From contig CBDBGQ010000039.1 in assembly GCA_965205345.1 (NCBI GenBank), forward strand, positions 19,600 through 83,599: DNA of 64,000 nucleotides, written 5' to 3'. The stretch's first letter is position 1; every line of letters begins with the position of its first letter. The stretch is from Acidobacteriota bacterium. GTDB lineage: Bacteria; Acidobacteriota; UBA6911; RPQK01; CBDAPI01. The notes under the pieces were generated by a model that was not told the origin of the DNA, made no database searches, and was given only the letters and a program-made list of their open reading frames with translations. Positions 17,453 through 26,267 of the stretch are shown here, piece by piece. The translations under genes and the position numbers were made by a program.

Positions 17453-18832
17453 GAGCTCTTGTCAATAGGTGTGGAAAAACATCAGGCGGCTTTCTCCTCC
17501 GGGACTTGGTTGACCGGGACTCCATTGACATATTTGGCGCCCTGGTAGACGTCTTTCATCAGCTCCGGTGCCTTCAACCGGCGGAATCGCTGCTCCGCCA
17601 CCAGCAGCATCTTCCAGATCACCGCCTGGGCGTTTTCCACTTTCTTGAATCGCTTGGCCGCGTCCGTTCGCAGCCGAAGAGCGGCAAACGGTGACTCCAC
17701 TGGATTGGTGGTTCGCAGATGCTGCCACTGCTTCTTTGGATAGCAGGTAAAAGGTCACCATCCGGTCCCAGTCCTGCTCGATTAGCTCAGCCGCCAGAGT
17801 CAGCCCTCGCTGCCGGCACCAGTGCTGAAAAACCTTCTTGAGTCGTTGTGCTTCTTCTCGAGTCTCGGCGTAAGGGATCTGCCGCAGGATCAGCAAGGCC
17901 GGCTTGTGCACTCGCTTAGGGAGCTTGGTCAGCAGGTTGACGATCCGATGATTCCAGCAGCGCTGCTCCTCGGCCTGGGGATAGACGTTGCGCAAAGCTC
18001 CCCAGATGCCCAGGTGGCCGTCTCCGATCACCAGCCGTGGACAGCCCATCCCCCGGCGCTTCAAGTCGCGCAGTACTTCCGACCAGCTCTGGGTCGATTC
18101 CCGATAGCCGCTCGTGACCGACACCACGGCTTTGCTTCCGTCACTTAAGGCGGCCAGCACCACCAGCAGGACTGCCTTTTCCTTCTCCAGACCCGCCTTG
18201 ACGTAGATTCCATCTACCCATAAATACACCACTTCCAGATCATTCAAGGGTCGACTCTGCCAGACCTCCCATTCGGCCTGCCACTGCTCTTTCAATCTGG
18301 CCACCGTGGAGGACGACAGGTGCGCCTTTTCCCCTAAAAGCCCTCTCAGAGCCAGATCAAAATCCCCCAGCGCCAGACCATGCAAGTACAGCTCAGGGAT
18401 CAGTTCTCGAACCTGCCGCGTCCGCTTGGCAAACAGGGGCAACACCCGACTTTCAAAGTGTTCCTCTAGATCCCGCACTCGAGGCCTTCGAACCTGGATC
18501 GTCCCCGAGCTCAGCGTCAGATGCCTCGGCTTCCCATATCCATTGCCATAGCCCGACGGAGCGTCCACGGCCCTTCGCCGCTCACTCTTACGCCGCCCTA
18601 ATAACTCCGTGACTTCCTCCTCCAGCAGCTCTTGAACCCAGCCTTGGATCTTCTCCCGCACCCAATCTTCCAGCTCCTCGAAACAAACTCTTGACTCGAC
18701 ACTTTCCTCAATGTTCTGCTTGCTCATGCGGTGTGTACTCCTTCCGTTGCGGGCCTTTCGGCCCTGGGTTTTAAATCAACCCGGAAGGATACTCACCGCC
18801 TATGCTATTTACACACCTTCTGATGGTAGCTC
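17453..18832 (-). mobile_element. IS256-family insertion sequence, copy 1 (1380 bp)
   Basis: Termini GAGCTCTTGTCAATAGGTGTGGAAA... and ...TTTACACACCTTCTGATGGTAGCTC form imperfect IRs of about 26-38 bp. 9-bp direct repeat TCTAGGTTC at 17444-17452 and 18833-18841. Identical in length to the copies at 33414-34793 and 59841-61220. Confidence 0.9.
17462..18727 (-). CDS. IS256/Mutator-family transposase, interrupted by a +1 frameshift (C-terminal part continues in ORF 17482..17700)
   Basis: The DDE region includes VIGDGHLGIWGAL...CWNHRIVNLL. After ...DWDRMVTFY the conserved continuation YPKKQWQHLRTTNPVESPFAALRLRTDAAKRF is in the +1 frame (the 72-aa ORF). Confidence 0.85.
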   Translation of the reverse strand: MSKQNIEESVESRVCFEELEDWVREKIQGWVQELLEEEVTELLGRRKSERRRAVDAPSGYGNGYGKPRHLTLSSGTIQVRRPRVRDLEEHFESRVLPLFAKRTRQVRELIPELYLHGLALGDFDLALRGLLGEKAHLSSSTVARLKEQWQAEWEVWQSRPLNDLEVVYLWVDGIYVKAGLEKEKAVLLVVLAALSDGSKAVVSVTSGYRESTQSWSEVLRDLKRRGMGCPRLVIGDGHLGIWGALRNVYPQAEEQRCWNHRIVNLLTKLPKRVHKPALLILRQIPYAETREEAQRLKKVFQHWCRQRGLTLAAELIEQDWDRMVTFYLLSKEAVAASANHQSSGVTVCRSSAANGRGQAIQESGKRPGGDLEDAAGGGAAIPPVEGTGADERRLPGRQICQWSPGQPSPGGESRLMFFHTY

Positions 18833-18880
18833 TCTAGGTTCTGGGTTCTGGGTTCTGGGTTCTGGGTTCTGGGTTCTGGG
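18833..18880. repeat. heptamer array (GGTTCTG)6, right half of the split array
   Basis: TCTA then six GGTTCTG units (18837-18878), read directly. Confidence 0.9.
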
Positions 18881-18885
18881 GTACC

Positions 18886-18910
18886 GTAGGGGCGACCCTT
18901 GTGGTCGCCC
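18886..18910. repeat. REP-like palindrome GTAGGGGCGACCcttgtGGTCGCCC
   Basis: GTAG head followed by an 8-bp stem (GGGCGACC/GGTCGCCC) and a 5-nt loop. Confidence 0.7.
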
Positions 18911-18938
18911 GTCAACCTTCCACCTTTAACTTTCAACC
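18911..18938. repeat. degenerate heptamer array GTCAACC TTCCACC TTTAACT TTCAACC
   Basis: Read directly. The reverse complement reads GGTTGAA-type units. It ends 6 nt before the stop of the M24 peptidase gene. Confidence 0.7.
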
Positions 18939-18944
18939 AACGTC

Positions 18945-20126
18945 CTACAATTCGAATGTCAAAATCCGCTCCTGGGGCGGCGTGGTCACTTCCACCCCGT
19001 CGCCACCGACCAGAACGTTGATCTCAGTTCGAACCCCGAAGTCTTCCAGATAAATCCCCGGTTCCACGGAACAGAGCACTCCGGGGATCACCTTGCGGGT
19101 ATCGTGTGTTTCGAGGTTGTCGAAGTTCACTCCGTTCCCGTGGACCTCTCGCCCGATGTTGTGTCCGGTTCTGTGAACAAAGAAGTTACCGAACCCGGCC
19201 TTTTCAATCACGGCTCTGACCTGGTCGTCAACCTGCCACCCCTGCACGTCGCGACCCGAAGCCAGGGTCTCATCCAGAAACTCGACACCCCGATCGCGAG
19301 CCTCCCGCACGATGTCAAATGCCTGCCCAATCGGAGCCGGCACCGCGGGCCCGAAGAACGCCGTCCAGGTGATGTCGGCGTAAACACCGGCGGCCGGTCT
19401 GGCCCACAGGTCGATGAGCAGAAAATCCCCGCTGGAGATCCTTTCACTACCTTCGACCGGAGGGTAGTAGTGAGGGTTTCCGCTGTGGCCGTTCACGGCC
19501 ACGATGGGTGCATGGTCCCAGACCAGACCGCGATCCTCAAAAGCGGACAGAATCGATTGCTGCACTTCGTACTCCAGAAGCGACCGCCCCGACTGGATCT
19601 TCTCAGCTGTCTCCTGAAAGGTGGCATTGACGATCTCGGTGAGCGCTCGGGCAGTCTCTCTCTGTTGTTCAGCCTGCTGCGCTGTCAGGACGGCTTCAAA
19701 AAGCTGGATCAGGTCAGCGGAAGGGATGACTTCGACACCGGTAGATCTGACCAGTTCGACGGTTCCGGCATCAATCCTCGAAACATAAGGGATTCCGCAC
19801 TCGGGCGAGTACTGCATCGCCACCCGGTCATGCCCGTTCAAAAGCCGGGCTAGCTGTGACTTGAGTTCGCTCCACTTCAGATAGACCCGCTGCGAGCCGG
19901 GAAGATGGTCGAGTTGAAACGCTTCGATCCGATGGACCAGTTTCCTGGGCTCTCCCCGATCCGGAACCAGATAGAACCAGCGCCGGCTGATATGGGCATC
20001 CGCAGGGAAACCCAGAATGCTGAGGGCGAGGGGGTCGATGCGCTGGAAACCGTAAAAGAGCCAACCGGGAACAGACAGCCTGTAAAGCGCATCCTGCACA
20101 GCTTGAATCTGGAAGCTGGAACTCAT
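18945..20126 (-). CDS. M24 family metallopeptidase (Xaa-Pro aminopeptidase/dipeptidase-like)
   Basis: HRTGHNIGREVHGNG...CSVEPGIYLEDFGVRTE are pita-bread-fold metal ligand motifs. Confidence 0.85.
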   Translation of the reverse strand: MSSSFQIQAVQDALYRLSVPGWLFYGFQRIDPLALSILGFPADAHISRRWFYLVPDRGEPRKLVHRIEAFQLDHLPGSQRVYLKWSELKSQLARLLNGHDRVAMQYSPECGIPYVSRIDAGTVELVRSTGVEVIPSADLIQLFEAVLTAQQAEQQRETARALTEIVNATFQETAEKIQSGRSLLEYEVQQSILSAFEDRGLVWDHAPIVAVNGHSGNPHYYPPVEGSERISSGDFLLIDLWARPAAGVYADITWTAFFGPAVPAPIGQAFDIVREARDRGVEFLDETLASGRDVQGWQVDDQVRAVIEKAGFGNFFVHRTGHNIGREVHGNGVNFDNLETHDTRKVIPGVLCSVEPGIYLEDFGVRTEINVLVGGDGVEVTTPPQERILTFEL

Positions 20127-20851
20127 TATTCCTCCACCTGTCTGTAACTCTCTTCAATCATATGTTGAACCGTGTCACTCATCTGCCGAGAATCGAGGAG
20201 TGCATAGTCAGCGAATTCCAGAACCGGATGGAAGACCAATTCCATCGACCCTGGACGGATGACGGCAGAGCCCCTCGGCAGGCGCCGGTGGGCCCCGATG
20301 ATGGTGATGGGGACGATCGGAGCCCGTGCGTTCCCGGCCAGGAGGAACGCCCCCCGTTTGAAGCGGGCAAAACCGTCACCAAAAGTTCGCTCGCCCTCCG
20401 GGTAGATGACCAGCGACCAACCCTCTCCGATTCTCTCGCCAGCCTCCCTGAAACGCTGCAGCGTTCGTCTGGGTTTCCGCCGATCTACCGGCACGTTTCC
20501 GGACCGGGTCAAGTGCCAGCCTAGAAACGGAATCGCGAACAGAGAGGCTTTGGCAGCGAACCCGAACGGCACCGGCAGGTGGGCCAGCAGGGCCCAGTGG
20601 TCGAACATACTCAGATGATTTGGCATGAAGATGTAGCCCCGCTGCCTGTCCAGCCGATCCATCCCAGTGGTCAGAACCCGTACGCGCGAGATCCAGAGAA
20701 TGAAGCGTCCCCAGGTCCGCGCGCACTCGTGCTGGAGTTTGCCACTCGAGTCGATGAGTGAAAAGAACACGCTGATGATCGACAGTACCATCGTCATCAG
20801 GAGTATGATCGGAACTCTCCAGAGGGAGTTCACTACGGGCAGCAGACGCAT
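20126..20851 (-). CDS. plsC: 1-acyl-sn-glycerol-3-phosphate acyltransferase
   Basis: NHLSMFD (HX4D) and VIYPEGERT acyltransferase motifs, with an N-terminal TM segment. Confidence 0.85.
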   Translation of the reverse strand: MRLLPVVNSLWRVPIILLMTMVLSIISVFFSLIDSSGKLQHECARTWGRFILWISRVRVLTTGMDRLDRQRGYIFMPNHLSMFDHWALLAHLPVPFGFAAKASLFAIPFLGWHLTRSGNVPVDRRKPRRTLQRFREAGERIGEGWSLVIYPEGERTFGDGFARFKRGAFLLAGNARAPIVPITIIGAHRRLPRGSAVIRPGSMELVFHPVLEFADYALLDSRQMSDTVQHMIEESYRQVEE

Positions 20852-20874
20852 AAAAACTCAGATTCCGCTTTGCT

Positions 20875-23493
20875 ATGATACCGAGCGTGCCCTCCCGACT
20901 CTATCTCGTGGACGGAATGTCTCACATCTATCGTGCCTTTTACGCGATCAAGGGCCTGACCGATCGGTCCGGCCGGCCCACCAACGCCGTTTTTGGCTTT
21001 ACCAACATGCTCCGCAAGCTGATCGCAGAGGAAGAGCCCGAGTTCCTGGGAGTGGCGATCGACCTGCCCGGCCCAACCATTCGTCACCAGCAGTTCGAGG
21101 ACTACAAGGCCACCCGGCGACCCACCCCTCCGGATCTGCTGGATCAGGTGCCTCTGGTACTCGATGTGTGCCGGGTGCTCGAGATACCAGTTCTCTCCCT
21201 GCAACGTTACGAGGCTGATGACGTCATCGGAACGGTGGCAGCCAAGGCTGTCGAGGCTGATCTGGACGTAGTGATAGTGACGATCGACAAGGACATGTCC
21301 CAGCTCGTCTCAGAGCGTGTCTCCGTTCTTGACCCCAGAGACATGAAGTTGTTGGGACCTTCCGAGATCGGGAGGAAGTTCGGAGTCGAGCCTCATCAGA
21401 TCGTGGATGTGCTCAGCCTGGCAGGCGACAGCTCCGACAACATCCCCGGAGCACCTGGGATCGGGACCAAGGGCGCCCAGAAACTGATCCGACAGTATGG
21501 AAGCCTGGACGAGCTCCTGCGACACCGCTCCGAGGTCACACACAAGACCTACCGGACGAGCCTCGAGGACAATGAGGATCAGATCCTGCAGAGCCGCAAC
21601 CTGGTCACCATCCACAGGGACTTGCCGATCCCGCTGGATCTGGAGGAACTCCGGCTGAGTGAGCCCGACCGGGAGGCCGCCAGGGAGCTTTTCACCAAAC
21701 TGAACTTTCTCAGTCTGCTGGATGAGTTTATCCCGGCCGGGACGGGGCGAGAGGCTGCCTACAACCGCCTGGAAAGCCTCGACGCTTTGCGCTCCCTGCA
21801 AGAGCAGATCAAAGGCGAGAAACTCTCCCTTTTCCCCTTCCTAGAGGAATCATCAAAAGATGGCCGGCAGCTCTCCGGACTGGGGTTTTCGATGTCTGAG
21901 TGGACGGGGTGGTCGGTTTCTTCCCGGCTCTTGACGAGCCACACGGGCTCGGTCTTCGAGATTCTCGCTGCAGCCGGGGAGTGGATCGCTCACGACCTCA
22001 AGCCGCTGCTGGCCTGGCTGCGAGACAGGGAGATTCAACCGCCCTCTCATCTCTCGGACACCATGCTGATGGCCTACCTGCTGTCGCCTCACAGGAAGGA
22101 CTTCTCGCTGGAAAAAAGCTGCCTGGAACATCTCCACTACCGTTTTTCCGACACAGAAGACCAGAAGAGCCTCTTCTCCGCTCCCAACGGTGAGGAACTG
22201 GCCGAACGAGCCGATCTGACCAGGCAACTGGCTTTTCAGCTCAGCCCCGACCTTCTGACCCATGGCCTCGGGACGGTCCTGGAAAAGATTGAAATCCCGC
22301 TCATCGAGGTGCTGGTGTCCATGGAAAAGCGAGGCGTCATGATCGACGCCGAACTGCTCTCGGGAATGTCCGTCCAGACCGGTGAGGAAATCGACCGGTC
22401 AAGTAGCCGGATCTACGACCTGGCCGGCGCTGAGTTCAACATCAACTCCCCCCGCCAACTGGCCTCCGTATTGTTCGAAAAACTCGAGCTTCCAGTGGTC
22501 AAGCGGACCCGCAAAGCAGGTCACTACGCAACCGGCGCAGAGGTCCTGGAAAAGCTGGCCCAAGACCACGAAATCGCCGCCCTCATTCTCCAGTATCGGG
22601 AACTGGCCAAGCTCAAGAACACCTATCTCGATGCCCTGCCCCAACTGATCGACCGTCACACTGGAAGAGTCCACACCTCCTTCAACCAGATGGTCGCTGC
22701 CACGGGCCGACTCTCATCCAGCAACCCCAACCTCCAGAACATTCCCGTTCGAACCGAGCTGGGGCGAGCCATTCGAAAAGCCTTCATCGCGCCTCCCGGG
22801 TTCAGCATACTGACAGCCGATTATTCTCAGCTGGAACTGCGCATCATGGCTCATCTTTCCGGAGACACGACGCTGCGGCAAGCCTTTCTGGGAGGGGAAG
22901 ACATCCACTATCAGACGGCTCTTGAAGTCTTTGGCCAGGAGGTAGAAAACGATCCCCAGAGTTATCGACGAAAAGCCAAGGTTATCAACTTTGGAATCAT
23001 GTACGGCCTGAGCGCCTTTGGACTGGCCAATACTCTGAAAATCGAGAGGCGCAAAGCCCAGCAGTTCATCGACCAGTACTTTGCCCGCTACGAGGGAGTC
23101 AGGAACTGGATCGAGAACACGCTCAGCCAGGCTCGGGATTCGGGCCTGGTGACGACTCTGTTCGGACGAATCCGGCCCATCCCGGAGATCCACAGCCGAA
23201 ACTGGAACCTGCGCCACTTCGGCGAGCGAGCCGCCATCAACGCACCCATTCAGGGGACCGGAGCCGACTTGATCAAAATGGCCATGATCGACATCTATGG
23301 GAAGCTGCGGGGGCGACCTTTCAGTAGCTCGCTGATTCTCCAGGTCCACGATGAACTGGTGCTCGAGGTAGCCAACAGTGAGCTCGAGGAAGTCAGTGAA
23401 CTAGTCAAGCAGGCCATGGAATCAGCGACAGTTCTCGACGTTCCCCTGGAGGTCGAAACTGGGGTCGGCGAGTCCTGGTATCACGCCAAATAA
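20875..23493 (+). CDS. polA: DNA polymerase I
   Basis: 872 aa. 5'-nuclease N-terminus (LYLVDGMSHIYRAFYA), a 3'-5' exo-like middle region, and pol motifs RRKAKVINFGIMYG and QVHDELVLEV. Confidence 0.97.
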   Translation: MIPSVPSRLYLVDGMSHIYRAFYAIKGLTDRSGRPTNAVFGFTNMLRKLIAEEEPEFLGVAIDLPGPTIRHQQFEDYKATRRPTPPDLLDQVPLVLDVCRVLEIPVLSLQRYEADDVIGTVAAKAVEADLDVVIVTIDKDMSQLVSERVSVLDPRDMKLLGPSEIGRKFGVEPHQIVDVLSLAGDSSDNIPGAPGIGTKGAQKLIRQYGSLDELLRHRSEVTHKTYRTSLEDNEDQILQSRNLVTIHRDLPIPLDLEELRLSEPDREAARELFTKLNFLSLLDEFIPAGTGREAAYNRLESLDALRSLQEQIKGEKLSLFPFLEESSKDGRQLSGLGFSMSEWTGWSVSSRLLTSHTGSVFEILAAAGEWIAHDLKPLLAWLRDREIQPPSHLSDTMLMAYLLSPHRKDFSLEKSCLEHLHYRFSDTEDQKSLFSAPNGEELAERADLTRQLAFQLSPDLLTHGLGTVLEKIEIPLIEVLVSMEKRGVMIDAELLSGMSVQTGEEIDRSSSRIYDLAGAEFNINSPRQLASVLFEKLELPVVKRTRKAGHYATGAEVLEKLAQDHEIAALILQYRELAKLKNTYLDALPQLIDRHTGRVHTSFNQMVAATGRLSSSNPNLQNIPVRTELGRAIRKAFIAPPGFSILTADYSQLELRIMAHLSGDTTLRQAFLGGEDIHYQTALEVFGQEVENDPQSYRRKAKVINFGIMYGLSAFGLANTLKIERRKAQQFIDQYFARYEGVRNWIENTLSQARDSGLVTTLFGRIRPIPEIHSRNWNLRHFGERAAINAPIQGTGADLIKMAMIDIYGKLRGRPFSSSLILQVHDELVLEVANSELEEVSELVKQAMESATVLDVPLEVETGVGESWYHAK

Positions 23494-23495
23494 AG

Positions 23496-23681
23496 TTCCA
23501 CGTTCCACGTTCCACGTTTCTGCGAACAACCGGGGCATCGTCTGTGGACCGAACAGCGACAGATAGTGGAGCAGATGGTACGAGTCCAAGCACCGATCGC
23601 GGTCTGAGGCCCTCAGTCCAACCTTCCCAACCTAGAAACGTGAAACGTGAAACGCGGAACGTGGAACGTGGAACGTGGAAC
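23496..23681. repeat. inverted heptamer-array element W: (TTCCACG)3.5 - 114-nt core - (CGTGRAA)6.5
   Basis: The left array at 23496-23520 starts 2 nt after the polA stop. The right array is at 23635-23681. The core contains ATCGCGGTCTGAGGCCC (23596-23613), shared with elements Y and Z. Confidence 0.85.
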
Positions 23682-23730
23682 AAGTTAATTCCCTGGGGAG
23701 TGGAACCTATACCCTAAATAGATCGTCTAT

Positions 23731-24342
23731 ATGGCTATGGGAAGTGTTGCGACCATTGCACAGTCGTTTGTTGGTTTCGGAGACAATGCACTCGTCTCCG
23801 CCTATCTGGAAGGCAACGAGGACGCGTTCGAGGCTCTCGTTCACCGTTACCAGGACCGGCTCGTCAATTACCTCAACAACCTTCTTCACGACTACGAACT
23901 GGCTGTGGATCTGGCCCAGGAAGCCTTTATCCGGGTCTTCAAGAACGCCCATCGATATGAAGGGAAGTACCAGTTCTCAACCTGGGTTTATCGAATTGCT
24001 ACCAACCTCGCCATCGACGAAATCCGTCGACGGGAGCGCAAAGGCCGTTTCTTCTTCTACAACGTGATGTCGCTGTTCCAGAAGGACGAGCAGAGTTTCC
24101 CCCTGCCCGACCTTCGCGAGTCTCCAGAGAACGCTCTGGGAAGAAAAGAGCGTTTGCAGCGCCTGCAACTGGCGATCGACTCTCTGCCTGAGAAGTATCG
24201 GCTGGCGTTCATGTTGAAGGAGGCACAGGAACTTTCCTACGTGGAAACCGCCACCGTCCTGCAAATCTCCCTGGGAACGGCAAAGTCACGGATCCATCGC
24301 GCCAAGCTGCTTTTACGGGAGAAACTATCGGGTTGTCTATGA
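23731..24342 (+). CDS. ECF-type RNA polymerase sigma factor
   Basis: Region 2 (DLAQEAFIRVFKNAHRYEGKYQFSTWVYRIATNLAID) and region 4 (SYVETATVLQISLGTAKSRIHRAK). Confidence 0.9.
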   Translation: MAMGSVATIAQSFVGFGDNALVSAYLEGNEDAFEALVHRYQDRLVNYLNNLLHDYELAVDLAQEAFIRVFKNAHRYEGKYQFSTWVYRIATNLAIDEIRRRERKGRFFFYNVMSLFQKDEQSFPLPDLRESPENALGRKERLQRLQLAIDSLPEKYRLAFMLKEAQELSYVETATVLQISLGTAKSRIHRAKLLLREKLSGCL

Positions 24343-24863
24343 GTTGCAAAAAAATCGAAGAAAGACTTCTGGACGACGATCAAGCTTTTCTCGACCGGGC
24401 AGTCAGGGAGCATCTGAAAGACTGCCCTGCCTGTAGTAGGCTCTACGGGCAGCTGGAAGAAATTGAGGAACTGCATCGGGCGCTGGCCAGGAGTGAGAGG
24501 GCGCCTCTGAACTTCACCGGGCAGGTCATTGAGCAGATCTCGGCAGGCTCCCGGCTCAAGTTGCCTCTCCTTGCCACCGGTCTCATCCTGGCAGTCGTTG
24601 TTGGAATGGCCGGAATAGTAAGCTCACCCGAGCCTCCGCCCACCGACTCCGTCGCAAGTCAGATCGCCCCGGTCGGCGCTCCAACAACAGTCTACCCCCT
24701 TCTCGATCAGGCGGAGCGGGTGGAGTTCGATCTGAGCTACCCCCGAGTGCAGATCTATGTGATCGACCCCCCGGCAACCTTGAAACCTGAGGAAAACTCC
24801 CGTATAGAGATAATGCCAGTGGATCAGGCACAGACGGATTACTTGAAATACGTCAGTCACTAG
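24333..24863 (+). CDS. anti-sigma factor (zf-HC2, single TM)
   Basis: HLKDCPACSRLYGQ motif, TM helix LPLLATGLILAVVVGMAGIV, and overlap with the sigma gene. Confidence 0.7.
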   Translation: MSMSCKKIEERLLDDDQAFLDRAVREHLKDCPACSRLYGQLEEIEELHRALARSERAPLNFTGQVIEQISAGSRLKLPLLATGLILAVVVGMAGIVSSPEPPPTDSVASQIAPVGAPTTVYPLLDQAERVEFDLSYPRVQIYVIDPPATLKPEENSRIEIMPVDQAQTDYLKYVSH

Positions 24864-24875
24864 TACTCGACCTGG

Positions 24876-26267
24876 ATGGTCCGCTGCTGGAGAGCTATGA
24901 TCCGCCTCTCGGATTTCCTTCCTGTTCTGGCCCTTGCGACATCTGCTTCCCTCCATCTGGCGGCTGCACCGGCCCACGACAAGTCTCAAGTTGTTGTCCC
25001 AACTGAGTCTCTGGTCCGAGTGGTTGTCGAGCAGGAGACCTCCGCCATTCTGATGGGAGCCGATTACCAGGCCCGGCAGAAGATTCAGGAAAGAGCCTCC
25101 TTTGACGGCTTCGTCCTCGATTCCAAGGCGCACGTGGTTCTTTTTGTCGGTGAGTATCGCCCCTCCCTGCGAGCCAGCAAGGTTCGTTTTACGGTGCTGA
25201 CGCATGAAGGCAAGGCTTATCAGGCCCAGGCGGTTGGACTTGACGATCGAATCTCTGTCGCCATCGTGCGCGCCCCCATTCCTGGGGCCGTACCCTTAGA
25301 GCTGGCCAGCAATCCGAGCTTCAAGCATTTCAATGTAGCCAGTCCTGGCGACAGTGCATGCCCCCCCGCAGTTGCGTGTCTGCTGGCCGGAAACTCGCAA
25401 GACTGGTTGCCTTTCTCAGTGCTGAAGGTGTCGGGACTGGGAATCTGGGCAAAGCGGTGTCCCGTCCAGGGAACGCTGGCTCTGGATCCAAAGGGGAAGC
25501 TGGTCGGGTTTGTCACCGATGCTTCACCCCATCGCTACAACGACCGGATTGCCTACACCTATGTTCTACCGTCCAGCTTGATCGCCTCTTCGGTCGATAC
25601 CATCGTCAGCCGGGGCGAGAGCATTCCCGGAGGCTGGCTGGGGATCTACCTGGCCTCCCATACACAGCCGACGGTGGAGCGAGTGACCCCCGACAGTCCG
25701 GCAGAGCGGGCCGGTTTGCGGGCTCGCGATGTGATCCTGGGAATCGACGGTCACAGGGTCCGGAGCAAGTCGGACCTGATCCACGGTGTTCGTTTCAAGG
25801 GTGCCAACCAGAACGTCATGCTGGATGTCCGTCGAGGCAAGGCCGACGAAAGAATCGAGGTTTTGACCGGAAGCCGAGATCCCAGGTACGCGGCATCCTG
25901 GGCTATTGAGCTAGAACCGGATGCTCCCAATTACACGGCCCGGGCAGATCAACTGAGAGCCGAGAGGCTCGTCTGGAACCCACTGATGGATCTGGGCCTG
26001 ATCGTCTACCGGATCACTCAAGCCTCCGTCGTTCCCTTCCCGTTTCAATCCACGAGAGGTTTTCTGGTCAAGGCGATCCAGCGAGAAAGCCGGGCGGCCA
26101 GGGCTGGCTTCGAGAAGGGAGACATTCTGCTGCGGATCAATGAAGTCAACGTCAGCACCTTCCACGACCTCGGCGAAGGCATCAAACAGACCCAGGACGG
26201 AAAGCTCAGAATCGTTTTCCTTCGTAGCGGAAAGCTGAGAACCTCCGAACTCAGAATGGAGCCCTGA
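24876..26267 (+). CDS. secreted HtrA-like protein with two PDZ domains; protease domain apparently lacks the GNSGG serine motif
   Basis: Signal peptide. The trypsin-like region has H (SKAHVV) and D (GLDDRISVAIV) contexts, but CPVQGTLALDPKGKLVGFV appears where GNSGGPL is expected. Two PDZ segments (GGWLGIYL...RAGLRARDVILGIDG and RGFLVKAI...GFEKGDILLRINE). Confidence 0.7.
   Translation: MVRCWRAMIRLSDFLPVLALATSASLHLAAAPAHDKSQVVVPTESLVRVVVEQETSAILMGADYQARQKIQERASFDGFVLDSKAHVVLFVGEYRPSLRASKVRFTVLTHEGKAYQAQAVGLDDRISVAIVRAPIPGAVPLELASNPSFKHFNVASPGDSACPPAVACLLAGNSQDWLPFSVLKVSGLGIWAKRCPVQGTLALDPKGKLVGFVTDASPHRYNDRIAYTYVLPSSLIASSVDTIVSRGESIPGGWLGIYLASHTQPTVERVTPDSPAERAGLRARDVILGIDGHRVRSKSDLIHGVRFKGANQNVMLDVRRGKADERIEVLTGSRDPRYAASWAIELEPDAPNYTARADQLRAERLVWNPLMDLGLIVYRITQASVVPFPFQSTRGFLVKAIQRESRAARAGFEKGDILLRINEVNVSTFHDLGEGIKQTQDGKLRIVFLRSGKLRTSELRMEP

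Noticed and set aside
17740-17752. Programmed ribosomal frameshifting or transcriptional slippage as the default explanation for the IS256 frameshift.
   Set aside because: The required shift is +1. There is no in-frame stop or rare-codon stall, no upstream SD-like stimulator that I can see, no X-XXY-YYZ heptamer, and only a T4 run, which is too short for efficient slippage. It is kept as an open alternative in the findings but is not asserted.
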